IMG/VR virus record: IMGVR_UViG_3300013121_000028
Coordinates: 1 to 64,000 of that record
Length of the DNA: 64,000 nucleotides
Strand: one strand, 5' to 3'
Origin: a virus
Taxonomy: Duplodnaviria > Caudoviricetes
The notes beneath the pieces are model-generated. The model ran no database searches. It was given only the letters and a program-made list of their open reading frames with translations, and was not told where the DNA came from. Shown piece by piece: positions 56,211 through 64,000 of the stretch. Numbering within the stretch: the first letter of the stretch is position 1; every line of letters starts with the position of its first letter. The translations under genes were made by a program, and so were the position numbers.

Positions 56211-58622
56211 TTAAAACTCATTACTTGTTATTGTTGCTTCTGTATATATACCTAAATTAATTAAAGTTATCGTATTTGATATATCAACAGTAGGTGTATT
56301 TGTAAATGCAAAATAAGCTTCAACAGGTTCATTAGGACTTCCGCCCTGTATTGAAGTAGCATTATTTATAATTTTAGCTGTATTTAATCTTAATTTTCCC
56401 CAATTAGGAGTAGAACCACCAAAAGCATTATAAGCCTTACCTATTGTGGGTGCTTCTGTACCTACACCACTTTTATTAACTAATTGACAGCTATTAATAT
56501 CTACCTGAGATACATTAGATGAACCACTATAATCACCCATTTGCAATAAGTAATTAAAAGCATCACTTATTATTGTATCTGCATTTATTTGAACTTTTGA
56601 AGATGAAACAAAGTAAGTTGAAAAAGTAAAATATTTAGATGCCATTGCAGGATTATCAACATACACTTTTCCATCAACAACTAATTTACCAACTCCATTT
56701 AAATCTAAAAAGAAAGCACCATTTGTTATGTTTGCAACACCATTAAAGAATATATTTTGTTGGCATCCACCGTCTGAAACAATTAAATGATTTCTATCAC
56801 CTTCTACACCACGACCTATATAATTATACTCACCTGTTATAAACGTGTTGCAATTATTGTTTCCTGCAATAAAATTAAATAATGCAGTTGAATATCCCAT
56901 TGACCTATCTATGAATAATCTCTGTACATTAATATAAGATGTAACTTTATAAGTAGGTGTACCACCATAATTCCATATTGCAGGTACTACTGTATTCGAT
57001 TGATTATAAAGACCAACATTTATATTTAAATTCAAATATGCAGGGTATATAACAAATAAAATAGTATTACATTCTACAATTTGTGCCGAAATAGATAAGT
57101 TTGTTGGTGAAGTAGCTCCCGCCCAATGTCCTGAGTTTTCGTAATAAATAATACCATTTTGAATTATTTTATTTGCTCTAATAGTAACATTAGCATTAAA
57201 AGACCCTACAAATTGCATTGTTGTTACTATTGTCAAATTATTTACATCAATTAAAATATTACCTGTATTAGCGGTATTAATATTAAAATTATAAGTAACA
57301 AAATTACCTTCTCCGTAAATAGAAACATCTTTACCTGTTACAGATAAATTAGTTCCGTTTGTTGACACTAATGTAGCTCCCTTACTTATATAATAACTTA
57401 AAGCTTTAGATGTATTATAATAAAATAAACTATTAGTTGCAACATAATCATTAGGACTTGGATTAATCCAAATTAAATCTCCATCAACAGCCTCTTGAAT
57501 AGCTTTATTTACTGTTTTAAAAGGTTTATTCATGTTATATGCTTCTGCATTAGCATCATCACCAAATACATCATCAACTAGAATAATATTTTGATTAGAT
57601 ACGGGTGCTGTATCCATTTCACTACCGTCGTCAAAAATTATTTTTCCACTACATAATACAGTAATTAGATTTCTAGTGTATGCAAAACCACCGCCACCAC
57701 CTGTTGCACCACTCATTGTTGGATTTGCGAAACCAAAACCTACCTGTATAGGAGAAACGGTTGTTGTTATAGTATTACCGCTAACACCCGAAACATTAGC
57801 AGTTAATGTAGCTATTGGTGAATTATAATCAATATTAACTTGAGAATAATCATCTGTATTTATAGCATCGTCTAAAAGAGTAAAAATTGCGTTATCACGT
57901 AATCTTGTCCACTCATTGTTTGCTAAATTATATTGATATTGGTTTACACCACTTATTGTAACTATTGTTCCATCAGCAGGTGAATTTGTTCTATCTAATT
58001 GATTTGTGGCAGGTGTACCTCCACCTCCCTGTGTCCATTGTGTAAAATTAAACTTATAATACTTATTATTAACAGTATCCTTCATTACAAGTTCAGCACC
58101 AACAACATTGTTTCCAATCTGAAAATTAAGTGCATCATAAAAAGGCAAATAAACTCTATCAGCGACATTACTTAAATCTCCCCAACCATCAGCGTTCCAT
58201 AAAGTACCACTTGGCATTATTGGATTTGCCCAAACCCAACCAACAGGGTCTAATATTGGATTATATATTGGTTGTGCCGATGCTCTTGTTATAGCTACAT
58301 CAGTATCAATATTATCTACTTCACTTCCACCATTAGTATGAACAAAATTAACATCATTACCAATAGAAACATCTTTATGTAAATTTATGCTACAAAAATC
58401 ACTAGGAGATTTAGGAACTAAATTATTATCAGCGACACCATCTTTATACCAATATTCTTGATTACCAATTAATACCGTCAAACCTTTAGAACGATATGTT
58501 AAAGGTATAGTTGTATTAACCTCATTAATATCAGCATAAGGTGTAACTCCATCCTTTAGATACTTATTATCTAAACTTTTACCTGACTCACTCTGTAAAT
58601 TATCGTTTAATATTATTGACAT
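56211..58622 (-). CDS. Tail fibre/spike-like virion protein with beta-helix-like C-terminal region
   Basis: 803 aa, G/N/T-rich; GDD......KPFKT...AI motif precedes a beta-rich domain. Confidence 0.6.
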   Translation of the reverse strand: MSIILNDNLQSESGKSLDNKYLKDGVTPYADINEVNTTIPLTYRSKGLTVLIGNQEYWYKDGVADNNLVPKSPSDFCSINLHKDVSIGNDVNFVHTNGGSEVDNIDTDVAITRASAQPIYNPILDPVGWVWANPIMPSGTLWNADGWGDLSNVADRVYLPFYDALNFQIGNNVVGAELVMKDTVNNKYYKFNFTQWTQGGGGTPATNQLDRTNSPADGTIVTISGVNQYQYNLANNEWTRLRDNAIFTLLDDAINTDDYSQVNIDYNSPIATLTANVSGVSGNTITTTVSPIQVGFGFANPTMSGATGGGGGFAYTRNLITVLCSGKIIFDDGSEMDTAPVSNQNIILVDDVFGDDANAEAYNMNKPFKTVNKAIQEAVDGDLIWINPSPNDYVATNSLFYYNTSKALSYYISKGATLVSTNGTNLSVTGKDVSIYGEGNFVTYNFNINTANTGNILIDVNNLTIVTTMQFVGSFNANVTIRANKIIQNGIIYYENSGHWAGATSPTNLSISAQIVECNTILFVIYPAYLNLNINVGLYNQSNTVVPAIWNYGGTPTYKVTSYINVQRLFIDRSMGYSTALFNFIAGNNNCNTFITGEYNYIGRGVEGDRNHLIVSDGGCQQNIFFNGVANITNGAFFLDLNGVGKLVVDGKVYVDNPAMASKYFTFSTYFVSSSKVQINADTIISDAFNYLLQMGDYSGSSNVSQVDINSCQLVNKSGVGTEAPTIGKAYNAFGGSTPNWGKLRLNTAKIINNATSIQGGSPNEPVEAYFAFTNTPTVDISNTITLINLGIYTEATITSNEF

Positions 58623-58636
58623 TTTATTTTTTTCTT

Positions 58637-59788
58637 TTAATTATTTCTTAATTCCATTGGTAATGATACTGCACTTTGATAGTTTGCAATATAAATTTTA
58701 TAATTTATTCCATTCCATAATACTGTTGGACTATCAATTGAAATTATTTCAGGGTCAGGAAATAAATTACCACCTGCAAATACAGCACCGCCAATATTTC
58801 CTGTATTTAATGCGTTAACATACCATATAGTTTTTGATGTGCTTGAAGCAGGTATAGCAAACCACATATAATCGTCAGGGGTTGTATTAAACGATAGTGT
58901 TATTGTACCATTTGAAGGTATAACTAATTTTGTTCCTGAATCTATTAATGCTTGATTTGCAACAGGTCTGTTTTGTCCTGAACCCGCACCACCACTTGCT
59001 ACTTTTCCATAAAATACAGGGTATATACTTGAAACATTAAAATTACCTGAATTAAACGGAGTTGCCTGAGTGTTAACAGCCTCACCTCTCCAATTTTGTG
59101 ATATTGGTGATGTATTAACTATTGTACCAATATCAACATTTTCAGAACCATCATTAGCAAGACCTGATGCTATTAATACATTTGCATTAACATCACGTAT
59201 AGCTATTGAATTTGGTTGAACATTCGCACCATTTGATATTGACCAATTAAATGTCTTAACTCCACTTAAATCAACACCTACTTCAATTAAAGTAGATTGA
59301 CCATTTATTGAAAAAGAGTTAAATGCAGGTGGAATATAAGGATAAAGTAAATTATCCCACATTTGTTGCATTGTTTGTGCTATTGGAAAAGTACTACCTG
59401 CGGGATAACCACCAACACCTATTGTTGTTGGGTTAGGATTAGTATAAGTAACATTACCACCACCACCTTGAACTATTGATAATGAGGCAATAAAATCTTT
59501 AATACCTGAAACGCTTATCTGACAAGATATTCCATTTTCATTTAATATTATTTGTTGCTGACCATTAACCCTATATCCTTCAGGTGCTACTAATATTATA
59601 TTATTATTAGATGCGTTTTCGTAATAGTCGTTAACATAAAATTTCCTGTTAACAAAACTTTCTCTTGATGTTATTGGAGGTAAATATATTATACATGGAT
59701 AATCCCTTACATCAGCTTCAATAAACTCAAAATTATCTTGAACTGATAATTCACCTAATGCTGTTACTGTTATTCCTTTTTGATTCAT
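58637..59788 (-). CDS. Virion structural protein (tail/baseplate-associated, Ig-like)
   Basis: YTN..PT...VGG..AG.TF...LLYPY..P.F motif, beta-rich. Confidence 0.55.
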   Translation of the reverse strand: MNQKGITVTALGELSVQDNFEFIEADVRDYPCIIYLPPITSRESFVNRKFYVNDYYENASNNNIILVAPEGYRVNGQQQIILNENGISCQISVSGIKDFIASLSIVQGGGGNVTYTNPNPTTIGVGGYPAGSTFPIAQTMQQMWDNLLYPYIPPAFNSFSINGQSTLIEVGVDLSGVKTFNWSISNGANVQPNSIAIRDVNANVLIASGLANDGSENVDIGTIVNTSPISQNWRGEAVNTQATPFNSGNFNVSSIYPVFYGKVASGGAGSGQNRPVANQALIDSGTKLVIPSNGTITLSFNTTPDDYMWFAIPASSTSKTIWYVNALNTGNIGGAVFAGGNLFPDPEIISIDSPTVLWNGINYKIYIANYQSAVSLPMELRNN

Positions 59789-59797
59789 TTTAATTTT

Positions 59798-60481
59798 TTA
59801 TAAATTCTTTAGCATATTAATAATTCTCGGACACGGATAAATATCAACCTTATCCTTTCGGACAGAATTATGTGTGTAAATTCCATTATCACCATTAAAA
59901 GCTCTTTTATTTAATGAGAATATATCATCATTATATATTTTACTTATATTGAATTTTTCACATAAATAAGTAACTAATTCTTTAGTTGCATTTATTTGTG
60001 CATCTGTATATGAATGAAAATATTTATAACCTTTAAATGGAGTTTGCAATTCAGTAACTTCATCAGATGGTACTATTCCGTTTACGTAATTTCTAAATAT
60101 ACCATCATCATCTTTTGTAAGCTGACCCCAATTACATATTTCTATTCCTATTGATAATTTATCAAGCGACTTATATGGTAATCCAAAAGAATTAAACATC
60201 TCTTGTTTTAATCCTAAATGGTATGCCCAATATTTTGAGCCAAAACATTGAATAATATCTCCGTCTTTTTCGTTATTTGAATTTGGTTGTTTTACTTTAC
60301 CTGAAATAATAAAAGAAGTTGCTACTCTTGTAGCATCTTGTTGCCAATATTTTGCAGTATTTATAGCACTTGGATTTCCCGCAGTATGGTGTAAATAAAT
60401 TTGTGATTTAGGGTGTTCTTCACGGAAATACTGATTATCTGTAAGATTTACCTGTATTAATTTTTTAATATCCAATGCCAT
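59798..60481 (-). CDS. N-acetylmuramoyl-L-alanine amidase (endolysin, Amidase_2)
   Basis: IYLHHTA, WAYHLG, SIGIEI, YTDAQI, TH...R.DK.D Zn-amidase motifs. Confidence 0.85.
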   Translation of the reverse strand: MALDIKKLIQVNLTDNQYFREEHPKSQIYLHHTAGNPSAINTAKYWQQDATRVATSFIISGKVKQPNSNNEKDGDIIQCFGSKYWAYHLGLKQEMFNSFGLPYKSLDKLSIGIEICNWGQLTKDDDGIFRNYVNGIVPSDEVTELQTPFKGYKYFHSYTDAQINATKELVTYLCEKFNISKIYNDDIFSLNKRAFNGDNGIYTHNSVRKDKVDIYPCPRIINMLKNL

Positions 60482-60732
60482 TTTATTTTTATTTATATTA
60501 TATAATACAAAATATTATTTAATTTATTATGAAGTGAATTTATTACTCATATCCTTCATCTTTCAATTTTTTCAATGTTAATTTATTTACTTTTATAGCA
60601 AGACTAAAAGTATATACACTTAAAGCAAATAAGAATACTCCTACAACAGTACCAATTACTTCACCACGTTTTATTCCTTTTTCAATTTGATTTATGCCAT
60701 TAATATCATTCCCCATCATAACATTTTATTTT

Positions 60733-61164
60733 TTAAACATTAATTGATTGGTTTGAAGATAAACGACCAACCTTAACAATCTTATAATCTATTTTTGTTT
60801 TTGGGTCTGTAACATATTCAGGAACAAGCTTAACAAGTCTATTGTTTGATACATCCATAGTAACCTCTAAATAAGGACTACCCTTATCGTCTTTTTTAAC
60901 TATTGAATTATAAATTCCAACAAAATTACCGCTACGGATAAATCTTTTAATAAAAGATTCGTTTACTAATGATGCCCTTTTATCTCTAATATCTCTGAAC
61001 TTTACATGGCTCAAAACAATATTTTTACCTTCATTTACTGCTTTTTCAAAATTTTGAATTACACCTCTTACACCACCAACATATTCTCCGTTTCTCTCAA
61101 CAGATACTACAAATCCCTTAATAGGGCTAGTTTGTTCATTAATTTTAATATTCCAAGTATTCAT
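60733..61164 (-). CDS. Hypothetical protein
   Basis: ORF track. Confidence 0.6.
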   Translation of the reverse strand: MNTWNIKINEQTSPIKGFVVSVERNGEYVGGVRGVIQNFEKAVNEGKNIVLSHVKFRDIRDKRASLVNESFIKRFIRSGNFVGIYNSIVKKDDKGSPYLEVTMDVSNNRLVKLVPEYVTDPKTKIDYKIVKVGRLSSNQSINV

Positions 61165-61193
61165 TTTTTATTTTTTTATATTTATTATTATTT

Positions 61194-61559
61194 TTATTTT
61201 ACTTTAGCTTTTATTTCATACAAAACTTTAAGCATTTCATCTTGTTGTTTTTTCAAATCTGAAATTTGTGATTCTAAACTCTTAACTTTTTCTTTATTAT
61301 CAGTTGTATAAAATGTAGTATTTGAAAGAGATGATTTTATTTCAGAAATATCTTTTTTAAGTTCTTTAATATCCTGTTTTGTTTCCTCTTTGCTTTCATT
61401 CAAATCATTTAGATTACTATTTGTTCTAAAATAAAAAACTAATGATATTGTTAATGCACTAACAATAGCAACACCTAAAGCACCTAATATTGCTTTAAGT
61501 AAATGATTTTGTAGTGATTTTAATGTTAATGGTTTTTCTTGTGGTACAGTTGCTTCCAT
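61194..61559 (-). CDS. Single-TM coiled-coil protein (holin/antiholin-like candidate)
   Basis: TM helix then heptad-rich tail. Confidence 0.5.
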   Translation of the reverse strand: MEATVPQEKPLTLKSLQNHLLKAILGALGVAIVSALTISLVFYFRTNSNLNDLNESKEETKQDIKELKKDISEIKSSLSNTTFYTTDNKEKVKSLESQISDLKKQQDEMLKVLYEIKAKVK

Positions 61560-61599
61560 AATATTATTATTTATTTTTTCATGTTATTTATTCAAGTTA

Positions 61600-62148
61600 T
61601 TAAATTTTAGGACTTGTATCAAATAATATTTCAACTTGATTTTCATCAGCATTTCTAATGAAGTCCTGTGGCGTGATTAAATTAACATTTTTATAGCAAT
61701 CAATTTCAAGATTATTAGTAAAATGTTGACAAAGTTCTGAACAAATGAAGCGATTCATTTTTCCCATTCCTACTAAATCTATCCCTGTCTTTTTTAATAA
61801 AGCTATTCTAGGTAATAAAAAATAATCATATTGTGTATCACGTTCAACCTTTTCAAATAAAGAATCAACTGATTTTTTAATCAATTCGTCGTCTTTTTCC
61901 TTTGGTCTAACTACACAAAAATACTCATAGTCGTTAATTCTTCTTGAAAGAGGTATAAATTCTATTCCAAAATGCCACATATCAATAGTGAATAATCTAT
62001 CACCAATACGTTTAACAACACCCGCATGGTTATAATAAGCTTTATCAAAATATTGTATTGATTTTGCTAATATTGAGTTTCCTCTATAAAGGACAATATC
62101 ACCATCCTTTATCTCATTTCTAACATTATAATACTCTTTACACTTCAT
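61600..62148 (-). CDS. Permuted papain-like amidase (YiiX/YebB, NlpC/P60 superfamily)
   Basis: GDIVL, YNHAGVV (His before Cys), YDY, FICSEL, ITPQD. Confidence 0.8.
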   Translation of the reverse strand: MKCKEYYNVRNEIKDGDIVLYRGNSILAKSIQYFDKAYYNHAGVVKRIGDRLFTIDMWHFGIEFIPLSRRINDYEYFCVVRPKEKDDELIKKSVDSLFEKVERDTQYDYFLLPRIALLKKTGIDLVGMGKMNRFICSELCQHFTNNLEIDCYKNVNLITPQDFIRNADENQVEILFDTSPKI

Positions 62149-62166
62149 TTTTAGTTATTTTTTTTA

Positions 62167-62511
62167 TTAATAATTTTGATAAACAGCGTAACCATTTTCA
62201 ACCATCCAATCATTAACAGAAATAACCTTATCTCCAATATCAAATAATATTGTTGCTAAATACCTACCATATTTCTCCTTCTTATCTTTTTCAGTCTTAA
62301 TAATTACTTTTCTATTCATTATTAATGAACGTAAAGCATCTCTACTTTTTATACCATTATCTTTTTCATCACCCCTTACTTCAGGTGCATTTATTCCTAA
62401 AAGTCTAAAGCTATTTTGAAATGATATATGGAAACCTAAATCAACTTTAGCAGTAACAGTATCTCCATCATACACATCTATTATTTCAGCTTTATACTCG
62501 TACATCTTCAA
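62167..62511 (-). CDS. Thermonuclease (staphylococcal nuclease-like)
   Basis: VYDGDT, DLGF, RLLGINAPE, KYGRYLA, N..MV..GYA. Confidence 0.9.
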   Translation of the reverse strand: MKMYEYKAEIIDVYDGDTVTAKVDLGFHISFQNSFRLLGINAPEVRGDEKDNGIKSRDALRSLIMNRKVIIKTEKDKKEKYGRYLATILFDIGDKVISVNDWMVENGYAVYQNY

Positions 62512-62942
62512 TCAATTAAATCATCAATTATCAACTCATTAATAGCAATCATAGTTTCAGCCTTTATACCTTTAATTTTTTTCAATTCACTTGCCTTAAT
62601 TCTAAAAGTAATACCCTCAACTATTTTTTCATTTAATTCATTTATTTCTTTAAAATATTTATCTCTGTTTTCAATAGATTTATAAACATACATTTTATTA
62701 CCATCAACCTTATATGTTCCATCTTTTTCATCAACAGGTATATTCTCATCCATTAAAGCCTTTCTTGTCTTATTGTATGCTATTTCAATAGGCATTAATT
62801 TTTTAGTTAATTTTGTTATTCCGTAATTAATATCAAAATTATTTATATCTAATTTAGATAGTTCATTAAGTCCTTTTAAAATCCTAGATACTTTAACATT
62901 AGTTATTACTACATCTGTTTTTTCATTGTTTTCCATAGTCAT
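62508..62942 (-). CDS. Hypothetical helical protein
   Basis: ORF track. Confidence 0.65.
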   Translation of the reverse strand: MTMENNEKTDVVITNVKVSRILKGLNELSKLDINNFDINYGITKLTKKLMPIEIAYNKTRKALMDENIPVDEKDGTYKVDGNKMYVYKSIENRDKYFKEINELNEKIVEGITFRIKASELKKIKGIKAETMIAINELIIDDLID

Positions 62943-62987
62943 TTTTTTGATTTTTTTTGGTTTGTTTTATTTTAATTTATTTATTTT

Positions 62988-63563
62988 TTATTGAACATTA
63001 TCTAATATGTAAACAAGTTGGTCTGCTATCTGCTGTGTAATGTATGGTTTAACAGGATTTACAGAAGCTTGAATTTTTGCTATTAAAGGTGCTGTTTGAC
63101 CCTGTGCATATATTAACATCTCGTTATTTACATAATCTAAATAATCATAAATATCATTTGGTATTGATTGTGTGCAATAAATTTTTGCGGTAGCTAATAA
63201 ATAATTTCTTCTGTTTATCCCAAAATCTATTATCTCTTGTGAGTTAAACATTTTTGTAAATTCTTTTTGATAACCAACATTTCCGTCTAAATCATACCAC
63301 TTTACTGTTGTAGTAACACCAACAAACAATATACTTTGTTTTATATATGAATATTCTTCTTTTATAAGAAGATTTTGATAATTATTACCGTATTTTGATT
63401 GGTAATATTCTATATTTAATAATAAACCCTTTTCAGCACCAACAGCTAAATCACCATAGTTTTTTTTCTTTTCAAAACCGAAGTGATTATAATCAAACAT
63501 TTCAGGTATTGTTATACCTGTATTTGCTATATTATCTATTTGATATATTCTTAACTCTGACAT
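62988..63563 (-). CDS. Hypothetical protein (late region)
   Basis: ORF track. Confidence 0.65.
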   Translation of the reverse strand: MSELRIYQIDNIANTGITIPEMFDYNHFGFEKKKNYGDLAVGAEKGLLLNIEYYQSKYGNNYQNLLIKEEYSYIKQSILFVGVTTTVKWYDLDGNVGYQKEFTKMFNSQEIIDFGINRRNYLLATAKIYCTQSIPNDIYDYLDYVNNEMLIYAQGQTAPLIAKIQASVNPVKPYITQQIADQLVYILDNVQ

Positions 63564-63574
63564 TTTTTATTTTT

Positions 63575-64000
63575 TTAGCTATATATTTTATAAATAGAAC
63601 ATTTATCTACCATTAAATTCATTCCTGTTGGTGTAGGTGCTGTCGGTGCTGATTTATTAGCAACGTAAAATGTTGGTTGTAGTGAGTTTCTACCACCCGC
63701 AGGTATAGCACCCCTAATAGAACCCGCAGGTACATTTGATAAATTTGTTAATGTTGTTAATAGTATAGAATCCCTATAAGCTCTAACCTCATTTAATGAA
63801 TTATCATAAACTATTGAGAAATTTCTCCAATTAGTATCAGGTAATACACCTAAATCAACTATTGTATTAGCAGTAGGTGTTCCGTATGTAGCTCTTGCTA
63901 ATAAAAACAAATTGGTTATACCACCTGTATTATATCCCGAAATATTAGATGGGTCGTACATAATAGCCAATGTGTTTCCTGATGCACCATTAGCCATACT
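63575..64000 (-). CDS. C-terminal part of a virion protein, lectin/LamG-like, 5'-truncated
   Basis: W.NFSIVYD....V.AY.D beta-sandwich pattern; runs to the window edge. Confidence 0.5.
   Translation of the reverse strand, partial: SMANGASGNTLAIMYDPSNISGYNTGGITNLFLLARATYGTPTANTIVDLGVLPDTNWRNFSIVYDNSLNEVRAYRDSILLTTLTNLSNVPAGSIRGAIPAGGRNSLQPTFYVANKSAPTAPTPTGMNLMVDKCSIYKIYS

Noticed and set aside
54194-63616. + strand ORFs within the late module (54194, 55093, 61006, 63395)
   Set aside because: Antisense shadows of - strand genes

Overview
AT-rich (roughly 25-30% GC by eye) segment of a large dsDNA tailed phage, most likely infecting Bacteroidota (TAnnTTTG -7 promoter boxes, A-rich translation starts with no Shine-Dalgarno, Bacteroidetes-type nucleoid protein). 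Positions 1-53381 are a + strand early/middle region of about 110 tightly packed, mostly small ORFs. It includes several paralogous families and DNA/nucleotide metabolism genes (MazG, DenV-like glycosylase, RNase H, two DEDD exonucleases, PD-(D/E)XK nucleases, ThyA, replication initiator) plus four related GIY-YIG homing endonucleases. Positions 53378-64000 are a convergent - strand lysis/structural module (amidase, holin candidates, tail-fibre-like proteins, thermonuclease, permuted papain-like enzyme). The standout element is a 336-aa IS110/Nop-domain protein with no recognisable nuclease domain (8413-9423). It is followed immediately by 19 units of exactly 36 nt, each with two alternating short repeats and two variable 10-nt segments, and then by a terminator. 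This is the architecture of an RNA-guided TIGR-Tas (TasA-like) system, here with unusually AT-rich repeats. Other notable signals are a frameshifted RNase H next to a homing endonuclease, a candidate small RNA or operator motif shared with promoter leaders, a switch-like structured leader, and a ~230-nt RNA with tRNA-like ends. All calls come from motif recognition by eye; no searches were run.
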